A stretch of DNA of 64,000 nt from Sulfolobales archaeon HS-7 (lineage in GTDB: Archaea; Thermoproteota; Thermoprotei_A; Sulfolobales; Sulfolobaceae): positions 992,001 through 1,056,000 of the forward strand of contig AP024596.1 of the NCBI GenBank assembly GCA_019704295.1. Reading direction: 5' to 3'. Below, piece by piece: positions 10,579 to 20,993 of this stretch. The notes under the pieces are model-generated. The model searched no databases and was not told the DNA's origin. It was given only the letters and a program-made list of their open reading frames with translations. Each line of letters starts with the position of its first letter. The first letter of the stretch is position 1. A program made the translations under genes and the position numbers.

Positions 10579-11168
10579 TGAACTTGGGAATAGTAACTGG
10601 TATTCCAGGCGTAGGAAAGACAACCGTACTAGGTGAGGTTGAAAAATTGAGCAAAGAAAAGAACATTGAAGTTCTCATTATGAACTACGGTAACTACATG
10701 TTGAATACTGCAATAAATATGGGGTTTGTTAAAGATAGGGATGAAATTAGAAAACTCCCTCTGACCTCACAAAAGAAATTACAATATGAGGCAGCTACCA
10801 ATATAATACACGATGCGTCAAAATTGGAGGACAAAGGAATAGCACTCTTAGATACACATGCAATAATTAAAACACCATCTGGATATTGGCCAGGCTTACC
10901 AAAACATGTTATTGAAATACTAAACCCTAAGGTTATTTTTCTAATAGAATCTGAACCTGAGGTTATTCTAAACAGACAGAAAGGTGATTCAACCCGTAAA
11001 AGAGCTGATTACAATGATATCGAAGTAATTAAAGAATCAATTTCTTTTGCTAGATACGCTGCAATGGCGTCAGCGGTATTGGTAGGTGCCTCAGTAAAAA
11101 TAATAAAGAACGAGGAGGGAACTCCATCAAAAGCTGCAGAGGAAATACTTAACGTTATGATAGGGTAG
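10578..11168 (+). CDS. adkA: Adenylate kinase (archaeal AdkA type)
   Basis: [33 protein letters not shown]. Confidence 0.96.
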   Translation: MNLGIVTGIPGVGKTTVLGEVEKLSKEKNIEVLIMNYGNYMLNTAINMGFVKDRDEIRKLPLTSQKKLQYEAATNIIHDASKLEDKGIALLDTHAIIKTPSGYWPGLPKHVIEILNPKVIFLIESEPEVILNRQKGDSTRKRADYNDIEVIKESISFARYAAMASAVLVGASVKIIKNEEGTPSKAAEEILNVMIG

Positions 11169-11175
11169 CCTCCTA

Positions 11176-11613
11176 ATGATATTACCAGTTATTATTGCAA
11201 TTCTTCTTGCATTCTTATCTAATTTCATAGTATATTTGCTAGGAAAACTCTATATTGATAAAAAAATTAACACTACTCTTAATAACATTTATTCTATTGA
11301 TACAAACGTAGAGAGAATAGTTTCTCCCAAAAGAAAAGATAGAAAAATACGAATAATGTCTAGGAGAATATCCCGATATAGAAACACCCTCTTTAAATAT
11401 AACATGTATAAGACGATATCACTAGTCCTACTATATTTTACGATTCTCACAATCATATCGGATTACATAAAAGGAGCGGTTATAATACCAATACCTAATC
11501 AGGTAATAGATGGTAAGCCTGGATTTCTTACAATTCCAAATGGTGCATATCTCATATTCTTAATAGCTTTTTTGAGCTTCCTATGGTTATCGATAAGACC
11601 TATAGGTAAGTGA
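11176..11613 (+). CDS. DUF106/EMC3-TMCO1-like membrane protein
   Basis: Three hydrophobic segments with a charged loop; conserved position after adk. Confidence 0.7.
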   Translation: MILPVIIAILLAFLSNFIVYLLGKLYIDKKINTTLNNIYSIDTNVERIVSPKRKDRKIRIMSRRISRYRNTLFKYNMYKTISLVLLYFTILTIISDYIKGAVIIPIPNQVIDGKPGFLTIPNGAYLIFLIAFLSFLWLSIRPIGK

Positions 11614-12065
11614 ATTACCGCACTACACTTCAAAAAACATCACTGATAATTCACGTATTTTCAACGAATTGAGTGTATTTATATAAATAGAATGAATTTA
11701 ATTAGATGCAATCATATAGACTAGGTAGAGATTCACACTTAACAATTTCCCTTATTTAATATATTTTTACCATAAATGCAATTCACAATGGATACCTGAA
11801 TCCTCCGACACATACCTTTGGCATGCTTTATATTATTTTCCTTGTAATCAATCCAAATGAGGCGGAAATTTTAGTCAAGTTCTCAAGATCATGTTTGTTT
11901 TATAATAGAAAATTGTTTTTAGTATTATACACACACCATTTTAAAATACATAAACTACTTTTGATTTACTGTCAATAGAGGGTATTTCGGAAAATTCTAT
12001 CCAGTAATAATTTACATGCGGTTTAACCTAGAAAGAAATTTAAGTCGAAATACAGCTTAACCCTC

Positions 12066-14150
12066 ATGTATAGGTGGATTTATATTACTTTATTACTGTT
12101 ATTTACGCTAAACAGTTTAATTATTGTATCTAATGGTCGACAAGCTAATCTTTCCCAGGCAAGTTCACTGGGTCCACGTAACTCGTCAATTTTAGTTGAT
12201 ATTTCTCAGACAGTTCCCCCAGACTCATTGGATCCATCGACAGGTTTCTGTATTTCTGATTCTCCTCTTTACAATGCCATTTATCAAGAAATAGTTGAGT
12301 TTAATGGCTCTAACTACTCAGATATAGTTCCTGTAATAGCCGCAAACTGGACTACACAGAATTATCAGAACTACACGTTCTTCATAAGACATGGCGTATA
12401 CTTTAGTGATGGTGTTCGAGTAAATGCCACTACTGTTTGGTTTTCCTTATATAGAATGATATTAATGGGACAGTCACCCGGAATAGTTAATTACGCTGGT
12501 CTTCTCTTTAACGTTACTGAATACAGCGATACCGGTTACGCCATTCCCTGGGGTGTAGCCAATGCGATACATAATGTTACGGGCCTCCCAACAAACGTAA
12601 ATACGACGCTTGCGGCTTGCATACTATCTAAAATCCTATCTGATTTTAATACATCTAATGTGACAATTCAGAAAATTATGGAATATCCTTGCCAAGCAGT
12701 TGTGGTCAAAGGACCTTATGAAGTAGAGATCAATTCAATAGTACCGTATAAGGATCTATTAGAAATATTAGCAGCATGGGCTACTATACAAGATCCCGCA
12801 TTTGTGGATTTACATGGCGGTGTCCAACCAAATCAACCCAACACTTACATTAATCTCCACGGGATGCCTGGAACGGGACCTTACGTAATAAGCTATATAG
12901 GTCAGGGATTTTCAACTATAGTTCTAAAGGAAAATCCAAATTACTGGGGTAAATATCAAGAAGTTCCCTCGATTGCTCAACCAGCTCATATACCAGTTAT
13001 CGAGATCGAGTATAGTGTTTCCCATGTTGATCGTATTGAGGAATTTAAGAACAACCAAGTTCAGATATCCTACGTGGGTTTTTCTTCCTTATCTCAGTTT
13101 CCAACGTATGATGTAAAGCAATTCGGAGCCCCTGTTGGTAGCTATTACATATCCATGAACACTCAAGAATATCCCACTAATATTACTGCTCTCCGACTAG
13201 CAATTGTTCACGCCATAAACTACTCAGCACTACTCCAAGTATTTAAATTCGGAAACTCTACTTTCGCCTCGGAGTACTTAGGACCGATTTCCCCCCAATT
13301 TGCAATATATGATTATGTTATTAATCATGATCACTTATCTTTGTATTCCTATAACCTCTCTCTTGCTATTTCCTATTTAAATGAGGCTGGTTATGAGGGC
13401 CATTTTTACGTAACTTTACCTAATGGAACAACTGTCGGGAATGTCTCAGGGACTGAATTGACCCCTCTATCAATTTACGTCTTAGCACCAGTAACAAATT
13501 ACGAAGAAGAGGAATTACAAATAATACAGAAGGATCTCGAAGAAATAGGTATAGCAATAAGTATAACCCCTGTTACCTCTTCGGTTGCGGACGGATGGGA
13601 TACCCCTTCTACCACACCAGATATGGTATACTTACCATGGCTTCCAGACTGGCCAGATCCAATATTTCAGGAGTTAATAGCTAATACATATGTTTTAGAC
13701 GGGGGTTTTTCAGGAAATATGGCATGGGTAAACGAGAGTCAGCTTAATCAGATCTATCAGAACCTAGCGTTTCTAACAAACCAAACTCAACAGTGGGAAG
13801 AAGTAGCATATGCTTATAAAATAGTTTACAATCTTGCTCCGTACATATGGTTGCCAATGCCGTATACTTACTTCCTTGTTCAACCTTACGTAGGCGGTTT
13901 CGAATACAACCAATTCGTTGGATACTTCTATAACACGATGTATTACAAAACTAACATAACAAATGCTACGATAACGAATACTAATAATAGTAGAAGTGCT
14001 GTATTAACTACCTCATCACTTACCTCCCCCTCGACAATATCCGCGTCTAACACTAGTCAAGTAATTGGTTACAACGACTTATATTACGTCGTAGTTATAG
14101 TGCTTTTAGTCGGAGTATCCTATTATCTGTATAGGAGGAGAAGATTGTAA
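12066..14150 (+). CDS. ABC transporter substrate-binding protein, family 5 (peptide/nickel type)
   Basis: PDSLDP, FFIRHGVYFSDG, GTGPY, NPNYWG; signal peptide, Ser/Thr linker, C-terminal TM anchor, many NxS/T sequons. Confidence 0.9.
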   Translation: MYRWIYITLLLLFTLNSLIIVSNGRQANLSQASSLGPRNSSILVDISQTVPPDSLDPSTGFCISDSPLYNAIYQEIVEFNGSNYSDIVPVIAANWTTQNYQNYTFFIRHGVYFSDGVRVNATTVWFSLYRMILMGQSPGIVNYAGLLFNVTEYSDTGYAIPWGVANAIHNVTGLPTNVNTTLAACILSKILSDFNTSNVTIQKIMEYPCQAVVVKGPYEVEINSIVPYKDLLEILAAWATIQDPAFVDLHGGVQPNQPNTYINLHGMPGTGPYVISYIGQGFSTIVLKENPNYWGKYQEVPSIAQPAHIPVIEIEYSVSHVDRIEEFKNNQVQISYVGFSSLSQFPTYDVKQFGAPVGSYYISMNTQEYPTNITALRLAIVHAINYSALLQVFKFGNSTFASEYLGPISPQFAIYDYVINHDHLSLYSYNLSLAISYLNEAGYEGHFYVTLPNGTTVGNVSGTELTPLSIYVLAPVTNYEEEELQIIQKDLEEIGIAISITPVTSSVADGWDTPSTTPDMVYLPWLPDWPDPIFQELIANTYVLDGGFSGNMAWVNESQLNQIYQNLAFLTNQTQQWEEVAYAYKIVYNLAPYIWLPMPYTYFLVQPYVGGFEYNQFVGYFYNTMYYKTNITNATITNTNNSRSAVLTTSSLTSPSTISASNTSQVIGYNDLYYVVVIVLLVGVSYYLYRRRRL

Positions 14151-14218
14151 AGGACTTTGATGATTTTTGTTTGCATTATTAGGAAAAGACTTTATATTCC
14201 CTTCATATAGAAACCCTT

Positions 14219-14419
14219 ATGCGGGAACGAGAAGTTGAAGTGAAGCGATTGAGAGGGAAGAAAAGAGTCAAGACGAAAGAATACGAGTATGAGTATTATA
14301 CCCTGCCTTTGTACATTTACATTCCAAAATCCATGATAGAAAGGTTCGGCTTCAAATATAGGCTCTATATAGACGAGGAAAACGGTGTAATAACTGTAAA
14401 GCCTAAAACCTCTCCATGA
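14219..14419 (+). CDS. Small basic protein, possible AbrB-like nucleic-acid-binding fold
   Basis: TATA (TTTATATT 14191-14198) correctly spaced for a leaderless ATG; YIPKSMIERFG...ITVKP pattern; ATGA overlap with next gene. Confidence 0.7.
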   Translation: MREREVEVKRLRGKKRVKTKEYEYEYYTLPLYIYIPKSMIERFGFKYRLYIDEENGVITVKPKTSP

Positions 14420-15645
14420 GGTTAGCTCATTTGAAGAATATAAGAGATCCGATTCATGGATTCATTGATGTAGAAGGAATATATCTCGAATTAATATCAG
14501 GTCCCTTTTTTCAAAGACTTAGAAATGTACATCAGACCGGTATCGCCTACCTTGTCTATCCTGGAATGCATCACACTAGATTCGAGCACAGCTTGGGTGT
14601 AATGTATTTAGCAGGGGAGTTTCTTACAAACATTGCTAAGAATTCGGAGAAAAATGATCTAATGCCCGACTTAACAAAACTGGCAATGATTTCTGGTCTT
14701 CTCCATGACATAGGTCACTTAGCGTTTTCACATACGTTTGAGTATGGACTAAGGTTCGCAACACGGATGGGAGCGAAAGTCCCTTGGTATGGAAATAAAA
14801 CTCACGTTTATTTAGGTCTGAGCCTCATTAATTCAGTTCTATCGACATATATGGAAAAATTAGGCAAAGAAGTTACATTACAACCGCTAGAAGTGGTCAA
14901 TCATGTACTTAAGGATGATCCTCATACGAAAGAGGAGAGGATAGTGCATCAGATGTTATCTAACGTTATTGATGCTGACAGGGCAGATTATTTACTTAGG
15001 GATTCGTATTATGCAGGAGTTGAATATGGGAAGCTGGATATATCTAGACTAATGAAGGTAATGAAATTACAAGAAGACAGTGTAGTTTTCTTGAGCAAGG
15101 GAATACCCGTTGTTGAACAGTTTATTTTAGGGAGGTTTTACATGTATAGGACGATATACTTTCACGACGTAGTTGCGATGTATAGTTCCGTCTTAGCATT
15201 TGCAATAGGCTCAATGGTTGCTAAGGGGATAGTTAGTGATATAATTGAACCTGAGAACATTTTAAAGATAACTGATAATTACATTTTTTCATTGCTGTAT
15301 TCCTTTGATGACAGGTTCAGAGACGCGATATTCTTCAGAAGGGGTTACAGAAGGATCAGAAAGATACCAGAGGAGTGTATTCCTATTTTAAAGAAAAGAG
15401 ATGTCGACATTACGTTGGAGTATAACGGTGACGTAATAGTTCATACGTTGGAGGATTCCCCATACTATGAGAAGGAGAATGAGACGGTATATGTGGAGGA
15501 TGAGGAGGGTAGACGAACTCTCTCTCAATTATCAGAGGTTGTCAATCCATTGAAAAAACAGATCTCTAAAGTAGTTGTTTCTTACAGTTCGAAACTCCCT
15601 TCAACTGAAGCAGAAAGTATGATAAATAAAATATGTAAAGGTTAA
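14416..15645 (+). CDS. HD-domain phosphohydrolase (dNTP triphosphohydrolase/SAMHD1-like)
   Basis: IRDPIHG, FQRLRNVHQTG, HTRFEHSLG, LLHDIGH, DADRADYLLRD. Confidence 0.92.
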   Translation: MRLAHLKNIRDPIHGFIDVEGIYLELISGPFFQRLRNVHQTGIAYLVYPGMHHTRFEHSLGVMYLAGEFLTNIAKNSEKNDLMPDLTKLAMISGLLHDIGHLAFSHTFEYGLRFATRMGAKVPWYGNKTHVYLGLSLINSVLSTYMEKLGKEVTLQPLEVVNHVLKDDPHTKEERIVHQMLSNVIDADRADYLLRDSYYAGVEYGKLDISRLMKVMKLQEDSVVFLSKGIPVVEQFILGRFYMYRTIYFHDVVAMYSSVLAFAIGSMVAKGIVSDIIEPENILKITDNYIFSLLYSFDDRFRDAIFFRRGYRRIRKIPEECIPILKKRDVDITLEYNGDVIVHTLEDSPYYEKENETVYVEDEEGRRTLSQLSEVVNPLKKQISKVVVSYSSKLPSTEAESMINKICKG

Positions 15646-15731
15646 GTCGGAAATAGGTGAAGTCTAATTATTTACTTTTGGTTCCCTAAGGTTAAGAGTT
15701 ATTTTATATTTCCATACAATGCCAATTGAAT

Positions 15732-16424
15732 ATGAAAATAAGGTTTTTAGGGACAGGATCTGGAGCTAGCGTAGGTTCTAGAAGATTCAAATCTGGAGTT
15801 CTTATAGATAATACTATATTGCTTGACTGCGGAACAGGGGTAAACTTTAGGCTTGATGATCTATCTCTATCAACTAAAGTTGAAGTCGTTATGGTTTCGC
15901 ACCTACATATAGACCACATTAACGGAATACCGGAAGTATTAGTTCAGAGGGCGGTAAATAAAGCTCCACCCCTCAAGATACGCTCTCCTCCAGGTTTCAC
16001 GAGTTACTTCAGATCCCTGAAGGGAATAGGAAATGTGATTAATGCCGAGATTATTGAAGACTATCTTCCAACCTTTAAAAATGATCAATTAGCAATATGG
16101 TCAGTAAAGGCTGATCACGCGATATATGGAGTTGCATATGTGATAGACTCTTACGATAAGAGGATTATTTACAGTGGGGACACGGCTGAACCCGTTGACG
16201 AGATTTTAGAAGTGGCAAAGGATGCAGACTTAATAATACATGAGAGTAGCTGCATTGACGACTGTAAGCAGTTTGGACATACCTCAATAAAGGAAGTTTT
16301 AACGCTCTTCTCAGGGAAAAAGGTAATTCTAACTCATATTCCTGCACAACTGGATCACGTAATGAGGACATACGTGAGGGAAAACATTATCCTTGCAGAG
16401 GATATGTCTGAGTACGAAATATAA
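15732..16424 (+). CDS. Metallo-beta-lactamase fold hydrolase, RNase Z-like
   Basis: FLGTGSG, LLDCG, SHLHIDH, YSGDT, ILTH. Confidence 0.85.
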   Translation: MKIRFLGTGSGASVGSRRFKSGVLIDNTILLDCGTGVNFRLDDLSLSTKVEVVMVSHLHIDHINGIPEVLVQRAVNKAPPLKIRSPPGFTSYFRSLKGIGNVINAEIIEDYLPTFKNDQLAIWSVKADHAIYGVAYVIDSYDKRIIYSGDTAEPVDEILEVAKDADLIIHESSCIDDCKQFGHTSIKEVLTLFSGKKVILTHIPAQLDHVMRTYVRENIILAEDMSEYEI

Positions 16425-16515
16425 CCACTCTACACTATTGTCTAAGACTTTCAGTAGATGTGTCCTACCTGCTCTCCACAATAAGTTTTATATCTGAAGC
16501 CAGTCAATCTTTGCA

Positions 16516-17646
16516 ATGGTCTCGATCGTTGACGGTAACGCGATAAAATTCGGAAAATACGATAACAGGGTTGAGGAACTGGGTGCACGTGCAGCTCTCC
16601 CGTTAATCGAAAAACATAACGATATCGACTTTGTAATTGTGTCTAACTCGTACTCAGGTGAGTTTAACGCAGTATCTGGTATAAATAACCTGATTACTAC
16701 TCTTATCTCAATTGATAGGATCCCTTCAGTAAGGGTTGATAATACAAGCGGTAGTGGGGGAAGTGCATTACTCCTAGCCAAGGGGGTATTAGCTATGGGC
16801 TTTAGAAAGGTCTTGGTCATAGGAGTAGAAAAAATGAGGGAGAGACAAACCAGAGATGTCACTAAAACAATTTCCACGCTTCTCACGGAAGAGGAAAGCA
16901 AAGTGGGATTTTCCCTTCCATCAATTGCCGGATTCGTTGCAATGGAATACATGAGAAGGTATTCAGCTCCGCGGGAGAGCCTAGCGAAAGTTGCGGTTAA
17001 GAACCACTATAATGCAACTTTTAACGACAAGGCCTTCTCTGGCAAAGTCCTAACAATAGATGAGGTTCTATCATCTAAGCCGGTTATTGAACCACTACGT
17101 TCATACGAGATATCCCCTATTGCCGATGGCGCTGTCGCTTTAGTGATGGTTAACGATCAGGAGTCACGCAGTTATGATAAAGTAATCTATGTAAATTCTA
17201 TGATTTCGTATTCGAGTTCTAGTGCGTTAGGAGATAGGGGTGATTTAACTTGGATGGAATCAGTTGAGTTGGCTTCGAAAAGGGCTTTCTTAGAAAGTAA
17301 GACACATCCTAGAGATATAGGAGTTGTCGAGGTTCATGACATGGCTAGCATATTGGAGATAATGGAGTTAGAGGCAGCAGGGTTTTTTAAAAAAGGACAG
17401 GGATGGATAGCGACTATGGAAGATCTTACATCATTAACAGGAGTCCTTCCAGTGAATACCAGTGGCGGATTAATAGGAAAGGGACATCCTATAGGTGCTA
17501 CTGGTGTTGCACAGGCTTATGAGATATGGCTACAGCTAACTAGACAGGCAGCAAATAGACAGGTAGAGGCAACTAAGGGAATGACAATAAATATAGCTGG
17601 ATTTGGTAATAATGCGATAGTTGGAGTTTACGGTGTGGAGCCTTGA
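16516..17646 (+). CDS. Thiolase-family (SCP2-like) protein lacking cysteines
   Basis: GVEKM, SPIADGA, VEVHD, NTSGGLIGKGHPIGATG. Confidence 0.88.
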   Translation: MVSIVDGNAIKFGKYDNRVEELGARAALPLIEKHNDIDFVIVSNSYSGEFNAVSGINNLITTLISIDRIPSVRVDNTSGSGGSALLLAKGVLAMGFRKVLVIGVEKMRERQTRDVTKTISTLLTEEESKVGFSLPSIAGFVAMEYMRRYSAPRESLAKVAVKNHYNATFNDKAFSGKVLTIDEVLSSKPVIEPLRSYEISPIADGAVALVMVNDQESRSYDKVIYVNSMISYSSSSALGDRGDLTWMESVELASKRAFLESKTHPRDIGVVEVHDMASILEIMELEAAGFFKKGQGWIATMEDLTSLTGVLPVNTSGGLIGKGHPIGATGVAQAYEIWLQLTRQAANRQVEATKGMTINIAGFGNNAIVGVYGVEP

Positions 17647-17918
17647 GTTTCCGATGTAAAAAGTGTAATAAAAAATATAGTGTAAGGAGAGTAAGATGTA
17701 GTTGTGGAGGAACAGAGTTCCTCTATGAGAACGCCAGTTTCAATCCAATTTTCTCCTTAAAGCTCTCGGTAACTCCTGCTGGTTTTCCTGAAGAAGTCTA
17801 TATAACACTAGGTAAGTCGGGCGATATTATGACATTTTGTAGGAGTTTAGAGAAAATTACCGATGAGTTCTATGTTAACGAAAACGGAGAATGTGTGACC
17901 TCCGAAAGAATCAAATAA
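17643..17918 (+). CDS. Zn-ribbon / short OB-fold (DUF35-like) thiolase partner
   Basis: CKKC...RCSCG; VTPAGF; 4-nt overlap with thiolase stop. Confidence 0.7.
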   Translation: MSFRCKKCNKKYSVRRVRCSCGGTEFLYENASFNPIFSLKLSVTPAGFPEEVYITLGKSGDIMTFCRSLEKITDEFYVNENGECVTSERIK

Positions 17919-18908
17919 TTCAAAAATTTCCCACTGATATTACAAATTTTTCTCGACATCAATTCAATCATAATTAAGAATTTGTCACGCAAGCCACGTG
18001 AAATTATAGAAAGCAAATTCCAGTGTCTAATGCGCATTAAATGTGATACAATTTATTAACTAAACTTTTCGTAAGAAAAACAAGTATCAAGAACCTGACT
18101 AGTAGGAAGTTGGACTTTTCCTCTACAATTTGATAATCTATAGTTCAATGTTTAAAGAAATCGCGTAATTTCCTTTTCGCCCAGATCTGATCCCAAAGAA
18201 GGGATAGAAGATAAGCGATAAACGTAACTTCTCGCATATATTCAGGAAATGAAACCTATCCGTGCATTGTGAACTGTAATATTCTTCGTTAAATTAGTAT
18301 AGTTCGGTTTAATAATCCAGATACATATAAAACAGTGTGAGAAATAAGGATAGCTGTAACATCATTATAAACATGCGAAAGCAGGTTAAGAGGTTATATG
18401 TAATAGCAATGACGCGTGTTATTAGTAAAGTCCTTAAAAGGAGTCAAGCAGACCGAAAGCTAACAATGATCCCCTTCCCAAATTGTTTTTATCAACTCTT
18501 TGAACTTTTTCTCATGTCGGTAAACGGTAACTTGTTATCGGTGTGAAAGTTGATAAAAGTTAACATTAAAAAGCTGGGAATATCCAAAAAACTCAGTAAC
18601 ATTTTCCAAAATTTTCATGCGATAGTAGTAGTACTTATTGTACTTAGTCAGAAACTATAGGGCAAATATTCATTCTACAGCCTGGAAATGTGTTAGTTTT
18701 ACACCAATGATATTCTCGCCCTTCATTAACCAACAGAGTATGGAATGACCTTGCTGGGATTGGATGCTTTCGGCTGTCTCATGGTAAACACTGAGAGTTT
18801 GCTTAAACTCGATAAAGTTCTGTAATTAATATGTATTATAGTATTCGAATCCTTCATGCTAGAAAATACTAGGTGAATTAAGTTAACCTTAAATTTTAAC
18901 GACAATTC

Positions 18909-18915
18909 TTTAATA
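18909..18915 (+). promoter_or_regulatory. TATA box of tRNA-Arg gene
   Basis: TTTAATA 24-30 nt upstream of the tRNA 5' end. Confidence 0.55.
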
Positions 18916-18938
18916 GGAAAAACCGAAATAGTTTTGTT

Positions 18939-19013
18939 GGACCCGTAGCTCAGCCAGGATAGAGCGCTGGCCTTCTAAGCCAGTGGTCGGGGGTTCAAAT
19001 CCCCCCGGGTCCG
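18939..19013 (+). tRNA. tRNA-Arg(TCT), no intron, CCA not encoded
   Basis: Acceptor GGACCCG/CGGGTCC; anticodon stem CTGGC/GCCAG with loop CTTCTAA; T arm GGGGG-TTCAAAT-CCCCC. Confidence 0.97.
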
Positions 19014-19454
19014 TTCTGGTAGAACCCCCAATTCTCTTCACTTGCATACAGGAATCAGCCTCGCAAACTAAAGGTTCGACATGCGTTTAGTTTCCATCAT
19101 CTAGGTTGGAAACGTAATACCACCCTCTTCTTTCACGTATAATGTAATCACCACATTTATATCGCATGTTCATGATAATTACAATTACTGTTTTACGATA
19201 AAACCTTTGTTTTACATTAATTTTTACGTAAAAGTAACAAAGACGGTAAATTCAAAACCCTTTAAGATCGACTCATGGATAAGTACATCTTTACCGTCGT
19301 ACTTAATAGTGGACACTAGGCGGTAATTTTTATCATAATACTTCTTCACAAGGTGATTTAAGCTGCTTAAAAATTCAGCTTCCCATAGCGGTGTAGTTGA
19401 AATCATGTGTAGATCTTTGACCTTATTAGACCCTTAACTCAATTATTCTACAAT

Positions 19455-19922
19455 CTACACAACTTCTTGGCTAGTTTTCTGCTCTTTTTGCAATAACTTT
19501 CTTAGATTCTCTCTGTTATTTATGACGTCCTTGAGAATTCTGTAAGTCATACCCCATATTCTGTACTCATGATAGTAAAACGCATCGTCTTTTTCTACCA
19601 TATTATTGAGTTCTGCCCAGAATGCCTTTTGTATTTCATTACTATCCGCTCTAGGCTCTCCGGTTTTAGGAGACAGGAAAACTGCTACCTTTATATTCCT
19701 ATTGTTTGGTGAGTAAATCCCAAGTTTTTCAACAATCCTTGGAGTAAGGCTAACTTCTTCTTGAGCCTCTCTTATTGCTGCCTCTCTTGGTGTTTCTCCT
19801 TGTTTGATGAATCCTCCTGGCAATGCGATATGACCAGACCACGGATCTCCATCTCTTTGCACTCTCTTAATTAGAAGTACTGCTTCTCCATCAAAAAATA
19901 CTGTGACAGCAGCGTCAACCAT
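19455..19922 (-). CDS. Nudix hydrolase (CoA pyrophosphatase-like)
   Basis: PWSGHIALPGG...ETPREAAIREAQEEV Nudix box; IWGMTYRIL. Confidence 0.9.
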   Translation of the reverse strand: MVDAAVTVFFDGEAVLLIKRVQRDGDPWSGHIALPGGFIKQGETPREAAIREAQEEVSLTPRIVEKLGIYSPNNRNIKVAVFLSPKTGEPRADSNEIQKAFWAELNNMVEKDDAFYYHEYRIWGMTYRILKDVINNRENLRKLLQKEQKTSQEVV

Positions 19923-20029
19923 TTGTCATAAAACTATTCTTTATCTTAAAAATTCTCTCATCTAAAACTATCGTATAAGTCCCCCTACTCTCCATTAAGA
20001 ATTTTGCCTTCCTACTTTATAGGGATATT

Positions 20030-20941
20030 ATGGAATGTCGTGCAGAAAGGATTCTCTCTAGTTCACTTAGAGAGGAAAGGGAAATAAGAATATGTAATAA
20101 GGGAAAGAATTTAGTTTTAGTTTTACATCCTTATGGATATGGGAAAGTACCGTTTTTAGTTGGTAATCCGAAGTACCCATCTTTTAAGAAGATGGAGTCA
20201 ATAGACGCCGTGTTTGTAGAACCTGACGCAAGCCTTCCAATTAGGTCCGGAATTACTAATCCCCCATTTGAGGATATGTACATGGGTTCATGGTATCATG
20301 ATTCAGAGTATGTTGGTAAATACGCTTCTTTTATAGTCGAAGTGGCAAGACTATTCAAAGAAAGATATGAAATAAAGGGTAGAACAGCAGTAATTGGGGG
20401 ATCTATGGGAGGATGGGGGGCAATAAATCTCACTTTGAAATATCCAGATATTTTCAGCATTGGGGCGTCAGCAGACGGTCCAATGATCTATGGGAAGTCC
20501 CTGTTATTCTTAAAGGAGGGAACCCAGGAACTTGCGAGAATTATGGGTACTACGGTTGAGCAAGTGGGTGAGGTTTACTTAGATATGGCAAGATCTCTGG
20601 ACATAGTTTATACAGGTGGGAAACTCCTAAAAAGCGTATCCTACATAAATGGTAAGGTATTATACGATGAAAGTCTTTTCGAGAAGATAAAACTTAATTT
20701 CCCATTACAAGTAGTCGAGACCTATAGGGCGAATATTGTGGAAAACGAGCTGATTTTAATTACTAACTATTATGATACGGGGATTGCTATCTCTAATTCC
20801 CTTATGCATAACAAGATGTTACAATTACATATTCCTCATCATTACCAGTGCTACGTTGGTCCTAAAGTAGCGTCCCACATAATTGGAGTAGCTAATAGTA
20901 TGTCTAAAATTCTTGAATTATTAGGGGTAAGGTTTAGATAA
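20030..20941 (+). CDS. Alpha/beta hydrolase (esterase family)
   Basis: GGSMGG nucleophile elbow; C-terminal His candidate. Confidence 0.75.
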   Translation: MECRAERILSSSLREEREIRICNKGKNLVLVLHPYGYGKVPFLVGNPKYPSFKKMESIDAVFVEPDASLPIRSGITNPPFEDMYMGSWYHDSEYVGKYASFIVEVARLFKERYEIKGRTAVIGGSMGGWGAINLTLKYPDIFSIGASADGPMIYGKSLLFLKEGTQELARIMGTTVEQVGEVYLDMARSLDIVYTGGKLLKSVSYINGKVLYDESLFEKIKLNFPLQVVETYRANIVENELILITNYYDTGIAISNSLMHNKMLQLHIPHHYQCYVGPKVASHIIGVANSMSKILELLGVRFR

Positions 20942-20993
20942 TATCTACTCTAATAATGATAACTTTTTATTTTTTAATTCAAAGATAGTTGTT

